A stretch of 58,351 nt of DNA from Candidatus Fermentithermobacillaceae bacterium UBA3951 (lineage in GTDB: Bacteria; Bacillota; Sulfobacillia; Fermentithermobacillales; Fermentithermobacillaceae). Positions 18,531-27,374 of this stretch are shown piece after piece. Each line of letters begins with the position of its first letter. Positions within the stretch are counted from its first letter, which is position 1. The stretch lies in the NCBI GenBank assembly GCA_002385465.1, contig DGDN01000111.1, positions 12,601 through 70,951 on the forward strand, in the 5' to 3' direction. The position numbers and the translations under genes were made by a program. The notes beneath the pieces are model-generated. The model was given only the letters and a program-made list of their open reading frames with translations, was not told the DNA's origin and did not search any database.

Positions 18531-18881
18531 TTGGAACCGACAAGAGGCGATATCTATTTCGCCGATCTCAGCCCCGTGATAGGCTCGGAACAGGGCGGTT
18601 TCAGGCCTGTCTTGATCATCCAAAACGATATCGGCAATAAGTACAGCCCTACTGTCATCATCTCCGCAATTACATCACAGATCCAAAAGGCACGCCTTCC
18701 AACACACGTTGAGCTTTCGGTCCGTGAGTCCGGTCTCGATAAGGACTCCGTTGTTTTGTTGGAGCAGCTAAGGACAATAGACAAGCGGCGGCTAAAAAGG
18801 CGAGTTGCAAGGCTTTCCGAGGAACTAATGCGGAAAGTAGACGAGGCCCTCGCCATATCTATCGGGCTCAAACAGGTATAG
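18531..18881 (+). CDS. mazF: MazF/EndoA-type mRNA interferase toxin
   Basis: [32 protein letters not shown]...LPTHVE...[10 protein letters not shown] is near-collinear with B. subtilis EndoA (NdoA). Confidence 0.92.
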   Translation: MEPTRGDIYFADLSPVIGSEQGGFRPVLIIQNDIGNKYSPTVIISAITSQIQKARLPTHVELSVRESGLDKDSVVLLEQLRTIDKRRLKRRVARLSEELMRKVDEALAISIGLKQV

Positions 18882-18900
18882 AGAGAAAGGGAGATATAGA

Positions 18901-19932
18901 GTGGATTTTGACAAGATGGGATTTCGGAGAGAAAAGCTTGCGGAGACTCCAACTCCTTTTGAAGAGGCCCCCCGGTTTTCCAAGGCCGTGGGAGGTCCCA
19001 GGATATTCTTGAAAAGAGATGACGCCACCGGGCTGGCCCTCGGGGGCAACAAAGCCAGAAAGCTTGAGCTCCTCACGGGAGAAGCGTTGGAACTCGGAGT
19101 AGACACGGTCATTACCTGCGGCGGGCCCCAGTCGAACCACGCCAGAATGACCGCGGCCGCCGCTCGGAAATTGGGCCTCCAGCCGATTCTAGTGCTGGAC
19201 GGAGACGACCCGGGGAAACGAGAAGGGAACCTGCTCCTCGATCACCTTTTGGGCGCGGAGATCATTTTCTCCGGTTCCAGGAGCTCGGGAGACCTCCTTG
19301 ACGAAGTGAAAGACGAGGTAATTGCGCGAGGCGGAAAGCCCTACGTCATCCCATTGGGAGGCTCGAGTCCGGTCGGCGCTCTGGCGTACATTGAGTGCGT
19401 CGAAGAAATCGTAGCCCAGTGCAGGTCATTGGGCGTCTCACCTAAGACTCTTTACGTGGCTTCCGGTTCTGTTGGGACTTTGGCCGGGCTTATCATGGGC
19501 AAAATCATTTTTGAGGCGGAGTTCTCCATTAAGGGGATTGCAGTCAGCCCCGGCGCCGAGGCCAAAGCCGAGCGCACGGTCCAACTCATGGAAGAGGCCG
19601 TGTCGCTTCTCAGGTCTCGGGTCCCTTGTGTAGACCCCGGTCTTCAACGTCTCCTCGACCGGAGTGTTGAGGGCCTTCGTGAACTCGTGAGTATCGACGA
19701 GAGTCAGGTCGGAGAAGGCTACGCCATTCCCACCGAGGCAGCACTCGAAGCCATCCGGCTCCTGGCTCGAAGTGAAGGAGTGCTCACAGACCCGGTATAT
19801 ACGGGCAAAGCCCTGGCGGGTCTCGTTAAGGACGCTCGTGACGGACTCTATTCGGAGGACGACTCAGTGATCTTCCTGCATACTGGAGGTGTGCCATCGG
19901 ACTTCGCTTTCGCCGAGATTCTCTCGAGATAG
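18901..19932 (+). CDS. PLP-dependent D-cysteine desulfhydrase / ACC deaminase family enzyme
   Basis: KRDDATGLALGGNKARKLE (PLP-Lys motif) and GGPQSNHARMTAAAA. GTG start with AAGGGAG RBS. Confidence 0.8.
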   Translation: MDFDKMGFRREKLAETPTPFEEAPRFSKAVGGPRIFLKRDDATGLALGGNKARKLELLTGEALELGVDTVITCGGPQSNHARMTAAAARKLGLQPILVLDGDDPGKREGNLLLDHLLGAEIIFSGSRSSGDLLDEVKDEVIARGGKPYVIPLGGSSPVGALAYIECVEEIVAQCRSLGVSPKTLYVASGSVGTLAGLIMGKIIFEAEFSIKGIAVSPGAEAKAERTVQLMEEAVSLLRSRVPCVDPGLQRLLDRSVEGLRELVSIDESQVGEGYAIPTEAALEAIRLLARSEGVLTDPVYTGKALAGLVKDARDGLYSEDDSVIFLHTGGVPSDFAFAEILSR

Positions 19933-19991
19933 TAGCGGCCAAGTGATTTGACGGGCGTTTCTTTTTCAATCATGAGAGGAGGAGCCGTAAG

Positions 19992-20699
19992 ATGAGGCCC
20001 ATCATCGGGATTACCGCGACATACAATGAGGAGCATAATGCCGCCGCAACACCTATGACTTACATTGAGGCCGTGCTCGAAGCGGGCGGCAAGCCTCTCC
20101 TCATTCCCGTCATGCCTCAGGAAGTTGCCGAAGAGAACCTTTCAGTAATAGATGCCCTGCTTATTCCGGGCGGTGTAGACGTAGACCCGCGCCACTACAA
20201 CGAGCGTCCGATCCCCCAATTGGGGAGGATCAACCCGCTTCTCGACGAGCTGGAACTCGGCCTCGCGAGAAAAGCCCTGGAAATGAACATGCCGATGCTC
20301 GGCATCTGCAGGGGATGCCAGATCATCACCGTCGCAGCCGGGGGCTCTCTGGTACAGGATATAGGGAGCCAGGTAGGAGGGGCCCAGAAACACTCTCAAC
20401 AGGCTGCGCGATGGTACGGGACTCACGAGGTAGTGCTGGCCGAAGGGTCTTTGTTTGAACGAGTGCACAAGACTCGGAGGCTATGGGTCAATTCCTATCA
20501 TCACCAGTCAATAAAGCACCCCGGAGACGGTTTCTCCGTGACGGCGCATGCCCTTGACGGCGTTGCGGAAGGTGCCGAGAGAAACAAGGGTTTCTGCCTC
20601 TGTATCCAGTGGCACCCGGAGGCTATGTGGAGGAAAAATCCGGTTTTCCTGGAGCCCTTTAAGGCCCTTGTAAGAGCCGCCAAGGGAGAGGAAATATAG
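19992..20699 (+). CDS. Class-I glutamine amidotransferase-like gamma-glutamyl hydrolase (peptidase C26, PuuD-like)
   Basis: Nucleophile elbow GICRGCQ and the IQWHPE His/Glu motif. GGAGGAG RBS. Confidence 0.8.
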   Translation: MRPIIGITATYNEEHNAAATPMTYIEAVLEAGGKPLLIPVMPQEVAEENLSVIDALLIPGGVDVDPRHYNERPIPQLGRINPLLDELELGLARKALEMNMPMLGICRGCQIITVAAGGSLVQDIGSQVGGAQKHSQQAARWYGTHEVVLAEGSLFERVHKTRRLWVNSYHHQSIKHPGDGFSVTAHALDGVAEGAERNKGFCLCIQWHPEAMWRKNPVFLEPFKALVRAAKGEEI

Positions 20700-21809
20700 A
20701 TGCCGGTTCCATCGGGAAGGCCCCGGGTCAGGGAGTTCGGTCTGGAGATAGGGTTTATGTCTCCAGGCCCGAAAAACAGCATCCTGGACGTTCCCGGCGT
20801 GGCAGTGGGCCATACCACTCTCATTGAGGGCGACGGGAAACTGGTTGTGGGAAAAGGGCCCGTCCGGACCGGTGTTACCGCAATCCTTCCCCACGGGGGG
20901 AACCTTTTCAGGGAGAAGGTGCGGGGTGCCATCCACGTGATAAACGGTTTCGGCAAAGCCACCGGCATCGCCCAGGTGCAGGAGCTTGGAGTCATCGAGA
21001 CACCGATTGTCCTCACGAACACCCTGTCTGTGGGCACGGCGTGGGACGCTTTATGCGAATACATGCTCCTTAAGAATGAGGAGATCGGTACCACTACTGG
21101 GACGGTGAACTCCCTGGTGGCCGAATGCAACGACGGGTATTTGAATGACATAAGGGGGAGGCACGTAAAGAAGGAGCACGTGTTGAGCGCTCTCGCGGGA
21201 GCTTCCACCGAAGTATGCATGGAAGGCAACGTGGGAGCGGGCACGGGCATGTCGTGCTTCGGGTTCAAAGGTGGGATCGGGACGTCGTCCAGACGTCTTA
21301 CCGGGGAGATTGAAGACAGGTTTCTCGGTGTCCTGGTGCTGGCCAATTTCGGCACAACCCGAGACCTTATGATAGCCGGGGTTCCTGTGGGCGCCGTCTT
21401 GGAGTCCCGCCAGGTGCCCCCTAATCCCCCGGGTTCAATCGTTATCGTAATGGCGACCGACGCTCCCCTTTCAGACAGGCAACTCGGCAGGATAGCCCGG
21501 CGCGCACAAGGGGGGCTGGCAAGGGTCGGCTCAGTTTTCTCGAACGGGAGCGGTGACTTTGTCATCGCTTTTTCAACAGACGGACGTGTCGGTCACGCTT
21601 CGCAAGGCATGATAATTGAGAGAAGGCTGGGCGACGATTCTGAAGAAATGGCCGGTATTTTCAGGGCGACTTCGGAAGCCGTCGAAGAGGCGATCTTGAA
21701 CGCGCTTTTTGCCGCTGAATCTATGGTCGGAAGAGACGGCAATTCTCGTGAAGGTCTACCCCTTGACGAAGTGCGCTCTATCCTGGCATCGAGGGGAGTC
21801 CTGGATTAG
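20700..21809 (+). CDS. DmpA/BapA-type (S58, Ntn) aminopeptidase
   Basis: GVTAILP and GAGTGMSCFGFKGGIGTSS (autoprocessing-site region). The start abuts the preceding stop codon. Confidence 0.75.
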   Translation: MPVPSGRPRVREFGLEIGFMSPGPKNSILDVPGVAVGHTTLIEGDGKLVVGKGPVRTGVTAILPHGGNLFREKVRGAIHVINGFGKATGIAQVQELGVIETPIVLTNTLSVGTAWDALCEYMLLKNEEIGTTTGTVNSLVAECNDGYLNDIRGRHVKKEHVLSALAGASTEVCMEGNVGAGTGMSCFGFKGGIGTSSRRLTGEIEDRFLGVLVLANFGTTRDLMIAGVPVGAVLESRQVPPNPPGSIVIVMATDAPLSDRQLGRIARRAQGGLARVGSVFSNGSGDFVIAFSTDGRVGHASQGMIIERRLGDDSEEMAGIFRATSEAVEEAILNALFAAESMVGRDGNSREGLPLDEVRSILASRGVLD

Positions 21810-21914
21810 CCGAACGGCCAGCCGGTGGAAAGTTCACCTTCTCCGGAAGGATATGCAGGCCAACTGTAGAACTATCTTGACTCGGCCTTATATATAACAG
21901 TGAGGAGGATACCT

Positions 21915-22562
21915 ATGTCCCAACCGCCCCGGAAATCAAGGAGGCCTTCATACCTGTCGGGACCGGGCAGTCCGCCCCCACTGTCTCATGGCGACCCGGA
22001 ATCGACCGGAGGTACGCCGCCTCCCAAGGAGAGCCCTCCCGAACCCGAAGAGGACCGCGAGCTATTGTCTTGGAGGGTCTGGCTCTTGCCCAGGAGGCCG
22101 TTGGTCTCAGCGGTGGTTGTGGTAATCCTTCTGTTCAGCATCTACCTGGCATATTGGGCTCTACCCCAGCTTTTGTTCGTCGGACTCATTACTTTCATCC
22201 TGCTCAATAGACTTGCACCGTACCTATTTCCGGTGAGGTACTTCCTGAGCGAGCAAAGAGCAGGATATAAGACCTTTCTTGCTGCTGATTCAAGGCCTTG
22301 GGAGCGGTTCTTCACATACTACAAGTTCCCGGACGGGATCTTGCTTTCAAACGATACCCGGTCGGTGAGAGGCAGGTTACGCGAAGGGCTTTTCATGTAT
22401 TACGGCAGTGAGACGCCTGTGGATGAGGTCCTCTCAATAGTCGCCTCCAAACTCCCGTCTCCCGAGGAGGCGATGAAGCCTAAGGAAGAGCCTGCTTTCA
22501 AGGGCGGAGTGGGTTCCGCTTTCCGGCGGATCCGCAGGCTCAGGGGCAAAGATCGCTCTTAG
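21915..22562 (+). CDS. Hypothetical membrane protein: Pro-rich N-terminus, two predicted TM helices, basic C-terminus
   Basis: ATG at 21915 is preceded by GAGGAGG; the ORF-track start at 21900 is that RBS. Hydrophobic stretch VSAVVVVILLFSIYLAYWALPQLLFVGLITFILL. I recognise no family. Confidence 0.55.
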   Translation: MSQPPRKSRRPSYLSGPGSPPPLSHGDPESTGGTPPPKESPPEPEEDRELLSWRVWLLPRRPLVSAVVVVILLFSIYLAYWALPQLLFVGLITFILLNRLAPYLFPVRYFLSEQRAGYKTFLAADSRPWERFFTYYKFPDGILLSNDTRSVRGRLREGLFMYYGSETPVDEVLSIVASKLPSPEEAMKPKEEPAFKGGVGSAFRRIRRLRGKDRS

Positions 22563-22704
22563 CTCTGGGTCTTAGATTTTGGACCCGCGGCGCAGGTTGA
22601 TTTTGTGCCAATGTCCTTGTGTTCTAGAAGCATTTGGATGGACGAGAAAGTGACGAATTACTGTAGAATAATCAGGATAATTGGAGAACTAGCGGAGGAA
22701 AGGG

Positions 22705-23139
22705 GTGACGCTCTTGTTTAAGTTTTCGGAGCCGATTGATGAGAAGCGCCGCGATGAGATAATCGAGGCTATCGCCAAGCGCATCGAACAGTTCGGTATG
22801 CTTGTGCCCGCCATATTCTTCCTCGAGATGAACAAACCGCTCAGCTATATAACGGGTCAGGGGATGCATTTCTTCGCCCCGATAGTAAGCGTATTCTTCA
22901 ATACCTTCGAGGACTATGCCTACTTCTTTGATGACAGGAACAACGTCGAACTCCTGATACAGAAACTGGAGAGTCTGGCGGAAAAGGAGGAGGAACGAGC
23001 CAGGGAACTTAAGGCCCAGAGAAAGGCAAAGAAGGCCGCCATGAAGGCTGCGAAGTCAAGCGACACCATGATGGACGAAGCCATCAAAATGTCCGGTGAG
23101 GACAAACCGGAAGAAGCCAATAATATTGACCCCAAGTGA
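22705..23139 (+). CDS. Hypothetical small protein with a hydrophobic core segment and a Lys/Glu-rich C-terminal helix
   Basis: GTG start with a GGAGGAAAGGG RBS. C-terminus EKEEERARELKAQRKAKKAAMKAAK. No family recognised. Confidence 0.55.
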   Translation: MTLLFKFSEPIDEKRRDEIIEAIAKRIEQFGMLVPAIFFLEMNKPLSYITGQGMHFFAPIVSVFFNTFEDYAYFFDDRNNVELLIQKLESLAEKEEERARELKAQRKAKKAAMKAAKSSDTMMDEAIKMSGEDKPEEANNIDPK

Positions 23140-23177
23140 GAAGGTTTTTTTGGTTTTGACATCGTACTAAGACACTT

Positions 23178-25079
23178 ATGGATTTTTATTCTCAGGGGTT
23201 GGCAAGTGAGGAGGGGAAAGCTTCAGTGCCGGAAGAGAAGGCTTTCAAGCTGGACAGAGAGATCACCTCTGTTCTTGCTACAGACTGCGGTTCAACCACA
23301 ACCAAAGCGATTCTTATTGAAAAAGTGGGTGACGAGTATCGCCTGATCACGCGTGGCGAGGCTCCCACTACTGTTGAAGCTCCGTTCGAGGACGTGACTG
23401 CCGGTGCTCGCAACGCTATCCGGGAGGTCGAGGAGCTTACAGGCAAGACACTACTCGATGAAAAGGGTGTAATAACCCCCAGGCATCCCGACGGGTCCGG
23501 CGTTGACATCTATATGTCCACTTCTTCGGCTGGTGGCGGCCTCCAGATGATGGTCGCCGGCGTCGTAAAGACCATGACTGCCGAGTCGGCTGCCCGGGCT
23601 GCCCTCGGAGCGGGCGCCATTGTCATGGACGTAATCGCTGTCGACGACGGGCGAAAGCCCCACGAGAAGATCCAGAGGATCAGGCAGCTGCGTCCTGACA
23701 TGATCCTTCTGTCGGGAGGTATTGACGGCGGCACGATTACCCACGTGGTAGAGATCGCCGAACTCATCTCCGCTGCAGAACCCAAGCCTAGGCTGGGTAT
23801 TGGGTACAACCTGCCGGTTATCTACGCAGGAAACAAGGACGCGAGGCCCCATATCAATAATAGCCTCGCGAAGAAGGTTGACCTACGAATGGTCGACAAC
23901 CTTCGCCCAGTGCTGGAGAAAGAGGTCCTGGGACCCGCAAGAGAAGAAATCCACAATCTGTTCATGGAGCACGTCATGGCCCAGGCTCCCGGCTACAACA
24001 AGCTGATGTCCTGGACCCCTGTCCCTATCATGCCGACCCCCGGGGCGGTGGGTATATGCATGCAGACTGCTTCCAAGGAATATGATCTGTCGGTTATCGG
24101 CGTGGACATCGGGGGCGCTACCACCGACGTATTCTCGGTGTTCGGCGAGTTCTTCAACAGGACCGTTTCGGCTAACCTGGGTATGAGCTACTCTATCTGC
24201 AATGTGCTCTTGGAGACCGGGGTCGCCAACATCATGAGGTGGATCCCCTTCGACATCAACGAGGGAGAGCTGAGGAACAGGATCCGCAACAAAATGATCC
24301 GTCCGACCACGATCCCCCAGACCCTCGATGACCTTATCATCGAGCAGGCCATTTCCAGAGAAGCGCTCAGGCTCGCCTTCATCCACCACAAGAGCTTGGC
24401 CGTAGGGCTCAGGGGTGTCCACAGGCAGAGGACCATCGGCGATACGTTTGAGCAGACGGGTTCCGGTGAGACCTACATCGACATGATGGACCTTGGGCTC
24501 CTTATCGGTTCGGGCGGAGTGCTTTCCCACGCCCCTCGGAGAGCTCAGGCCGCAATGATGCTGCTTGATGCGTTCCAACCCGAAGGCCTCACCATGCTGG
24601 CGGTAGACTCGATCTTCATGATGCCCCAGCTCGGGATCCTCTCAACCGTGCATGCGAAGGCCAGTATGCAGGTATTTGACAGAGACTGCCTCATCAAACT
24701 CGGAACGGCGATAGCTCCTGCGGGACCCAGCGGCGGCGCCAAGGACGGAGATCCTTGCGTCAAGGTCGAGCTCGAGGTAGACGGCAATACCATAGTCGAG
24801 GAAGTCCCGTACGGTTCCATAAAGCTCATAAAGCTCGAGGACGGCAAGAAAGCCAAGGCAATCATCCATCCGTCGAGGCAGTTCGACGTAGGAAAGGGCT
24901 ACGGTCATACTCTCGAGACGACCGTAAACGGAGGAGTAGTCGGACTAACCATCGATGCCCGCGGCCGCGTCTTTGATGTGCCCCAAGACAAGGCCCTAAG
25001 GAACAGGAAACTGGTTGAGTGGTTCACCGCGATGAACCTGTATCCCGCGGAACTGCTCAAGAAATACGCAGAAGTGTAA
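23178..25079 (+). CDS. MutL/GlmL-like ASKHA-fold ATPase (glutamate-mutase-L family), orphan
   Basis: Phosphate-binding motifs ATDCGSTTTKAILIE and IGVDIGGATTDVFS, as in GlmL/MutL. The real start is probably the in-frame GTG at 23226, preceded by GAGGAGGGG; the ATG at 23178 has no RBS. Confidence 0.75.
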   Translation: MDFYSQGLASEEGKASVPEEKAFKLDREITSVLATDCGSTTTKAILIEKVGDEYRLITRGEAPTTVEAPFEDVTAGARNAIREVEELTGKTLLDEKGVITPRHPDGSGVDIYMSTSSAGGGLQMMVAGVVKTMTAESAARAALGAGAIVMDVIAVDDGRKPHEKIQRIRQLRPDMILLSGGIDGGTITHVVEIAELISAAEPKPRLGIGYNLPVIYAGNKDARPHINNSLAKKVDLRMVDNLRPVLEKEVLGPAREEIHNLFMEHVMAQAPGYNKLMSWTPVPIMPTPGAVGICMQTASKEYDLSVIGVDIGGATTDVFSVFGEFFNRTVSANLGMSYSICNVLLETGVANIMRWIPFDINEGELRNRIRNKMIRPTTIPQTLDDLIIEQAISREALRLAFIHHKSLAVGLRGVHRQRTIGDTFEQTGSGETYIDMMDLGLLIGSGGVLSHAPRRAQAAMMLLDAFQPEGLTMLAVDSIFMMPQLGILSTVHAKASMQVFDRDCLIKLGTAIAPAGPSGGAKDGDPCVKVELEVDGNTIVEEVPYGSIKLIKLEDGKKAKAIIHPSRQFDVGKGYGHTLETTVNGGVVGLTIDARGRVFDVPQDKALRNRKLVEWFTAMNLYPAELLKKYAEV

Positions 25080-25096
25080 GGAGGAGGGTTAGAAAA

Positions 25097-26218
25097 ATGG
25101 CACACGCATATACGCCTGGACTAAAAGTCACCGAAAGGGCGGTAATCCGAAAGACGCGTCGCCTGCCCCTCCTCGGAGAAGTTCTTGTCGAAAAAGGGGC
25201 AGCGGTATCACCGGATACCATCGTGGCCCGGACTGATATCCCGGGGAACCCACAGACCGTGAACGTCGCCAACTCTCTCGGAGTCGAGCCTGAAGACATC
25301 GCCGATTTCATGAAGGTGAAGACGGGAGGCTCCATAAAGAAAGGCGAGATTTTGGCCGAGTACAGGTCCTTCTTTGGGCTCTTCAAGCATACCGTCACCT
25401 CGCCCGTCGACGGCGTGGTGGAAATGGTCTCCACCGTTACCGGCCAGGTGACCCTCCGCGAGCCCCCGATCCCCATTCAGGTTGACGCCTACATCGACGG
25501 GATCGTCGAAGAAGTATTGCCCAAGGAGGGCGTCATCGTAAAAACCGAGGGCGCTTTTATCCAGGGTATCTTCGGTGTCGGCGGAGAGACCCAGGGCGTT
25601 ATCAGAGTAGCCGTGGAAGGCCCCGATGACGTTTTGGATGAGGCTCAAGTAAAGCCCGACGACAAAGGCAAGATCATTATCGGCGGCTCACTCGTTACCG
25701 CAGCAGCCATCAAGAAGGCGGCTGAGGTGGGCGCCCTTGGCATCGTTGCGGGAGGCATAATCGACAGCGACCTCATTGAATACCTCGGCCACGACATCGG
25801 TGTCGCCATCACCGGGCACGAAGATATACCGGTTACCGTCATCATTACCGAAGGCTTCGGCAGAATGCGGATGGCCCACAGGACCTTTGAACTGCTCAAG
25901 AGGCTTCAGGGGTTTAGGGCTTCCATCAACGGGGCCACACAGATCCGCGCAGGCGTCATGAGGCCGGAGATCATTGTCCCCGGCTACCAGCCCCAGGAGG
26001 ATACCAAGGAACAAGACCTCTCCCAGGGTCTTGTACCCGGAACGCCTCTCCGCATAATCCGCGAGCCTTACTTCGGACAACTGGCCGAAGTCGTGGATCT
26101 GCCGCCTGAGCTCCAGGTGATTGAGACGGAAGCTCGCGTGAGAATTCTCCGCGCGAAACTTGCCGATGGCACTATCGTCACGGTGCCTCGTGCGAACGTG
26201 GAGATCATCGAGGCATAA
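25097..26218 (+). CDS. Hypothetical 373-aa protein: lipoyl/barrel-sandwich-hybrid-like N-domain, central alpha/beta region, KOW/SH3-like C-terminus
   Basis: ATG with a strong AAGGAGGAGGG RBS, 17 nt after the MutL-like stop. TSPVDGVVEMV is typical of barrel-sandwich hybrid domains. The domain assignment is by eye only. Confidence 0.6.
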   Translation: MAHAYTPGLKVTERAVIRKTRRLPLLGEVLVEKGAAVSPDTIVARTDIPGNPQTVNVANSLGVEPEDIADFMKVKTGGSIKKGEILAEYRSFFGLFKHTVTSPVDGVVEMVSTVTGQVTLREPPIPIQVDAYIDGIVEEVLPKEGVIVKTEGAFIQGIFGVGGETQGVIRVAVEGPDDVLDEAQVKPDDKGKIIIGGSLVTAAAIKKAAEVGALGIVAGGIIDSDLIEYLGHDIGVAITGHEDIPVTVIITEGFGRMRMAHRTFELLKRLQGFRASINGATQIRAGVMRPEIIVPGYQPQEDTKEQDLSQGLVPGTPLRIIREPYFGQLAEVVDLPPELQVIETEARVRILRAKLADGTIVTVPRANVEIIEA

Positions 26219-26246
26219 GGCGCTCGAGAGCAGTATTGGTACCGAC

Positions 26247-26284
26247 GGACCCGCCTTCCAAAGGGCGGGTCCTCTTGTGTGTTG
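26247..26284 (+). terminator. Intrinsic terminator closing the MutL-like operon
   Basis: Perfect 9-bp stem GGACCCGCC/GGCGGGTCC with an 8-nt loop, followed by TCTTGTGTGTTG. Confidence 0.65.
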
Positions 26285-26384
26285 CCTGAAGGCCGACGGG
26301 CCCTCCCCGACGATATCAAGTCTCTCTTTATGGAGGGATAAAATCCCTGCAGAGAGAAAAAAGGTACACTAGTGGGAAGAACAA

Positions 26385-27374
26385 ATGTCTGAGAAGAGAA
26401 TAGAAGGGAGGCAGAGCGAGAGCATGGACAAGGGCCTTCTCAAGGAGTTCATGGCCGAAGAGGCCATCCCCTTACGGACCAAGTTCGACGATTACCTCGC
26501 TGTTGCCCTGGGTGTGAGGCGGGCGTCCCAGTTTATCTCGCCGGCTGAACTGCCCGATGCCGCCATACTGGGCGCTACCATAGACGAGCGTTTCCGCCAG
26601 AAGCTGGAGGGCCGGAGATTGCCCGGAGAATCCCTGAGCGATTTCATGAAAAACAAAATGGGGAAGTACTGGCGCAGAAATAGGGCTCAGGAAATACGTT
26701 ACCGGCTGGATGTTCTAAGGAGCGTTTATAAGGATGTTGTAGAAAGCTCCCACTCGTACCAGACCTACATAGGGTGGGCCAGGAAACTTGGCCTTTCCTA
26801 TAAGGAACTGGAGTCCAGGCCTACCATCCGCGAGATATACCTTTTCAAAGACCCGGAAGTTGCTCGCGAGCTGGATGAGCTTCAGGACCTCCGCAAGGAC
26901 ATACGGTGGGAGAAGATGCGGTCTCCAGGGGCCAATCAACCGGGCTACGTCCGGGCTTTCCCAGAGGAGCAGAATCCGGCTTTCGTGAAGAAGCTGGGGC
27001 GGATATTGGGTTTCCCCCTGTGCTGCATTGAGCGGTACGCGTTTGACAGGGAATCGGCAGTCCTCTCGCCGGAACAGCGTGCTTCCAACCAGCTTGTGAA
27101 CCTGGAGACAGACGAGGAGTACAATCCGTACGCGTTTTTCACGAAAGACTTTTTCCCATGCCAGCCTGACTGTGAGATGGCGGCTCAAATGGGCAAAGCG
27201 ATTTATGAGGCTTTGGAGGCGATAGATCCGGAAGTCGCCGGAGAGCACCTCAGCCATCTGTCTCAAAACGTGGGTCTCGTCCGCGAGTACCCCGAGATTA
27301 TCCGGAAGAAGATCGAGTCGCTGGAGAAGATGGCGGCCGCCACTAAGACCCAGGAAGGCGATAATGTTGAGTGA
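26385..27374 (+). CDS. Hypothetical protein with a CC...CxxxC cysteine motif (possibly DUF483-like)
   Basis: 329 aa. GFPLCCIERY and FFPCQPDCEMA are the only Cys clusters. The 3' end overlaps the UDG start by 11 nt. Confidence 0.55.
   Translation: MSEKRIEGRQSESMDKGLLKEFMAEEAIPLRTKFDDYLAVALGVRRASQFISPAELPDAAILGATIDERFRQKLEGRRLPGESLSDFMKNKMGKYWRRNRAQEIRYRLDVLRSVYKDVVESSHSYQTYIGWARKLGLSYKELESRPTIREIYLFKDPEVARELDELQDLRKDIRWEKMRSPGANQPGYVRAFPEEQNPAFVKKLGRILGFPLCCIERYAFDRESAVLSPEQRASNQLVNLETDEEYNPYAFFTKDFFPCQPDCEMAAQMGKAIYEALEAIDPEVAGEHLSHLSQNVGLVREYPEIIRKKIESLEKMAAATKTQEGDNVE

Noticed and set aside
20501-21565. 354-aa minus-strand ORF. Similar long antisense ORFs are at 15124-16083, 26715-27770, 52092-53021 and 23883-24578.
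   Set aside because: All lie opposite genes with clear family motifs (DmpA, M20, the Cys-motif protein/UDG, RnfB, MutL-like). Their low-complexity Pro/Arg/Ser/Thr-rich translations are GC-driven open frames, not genes.
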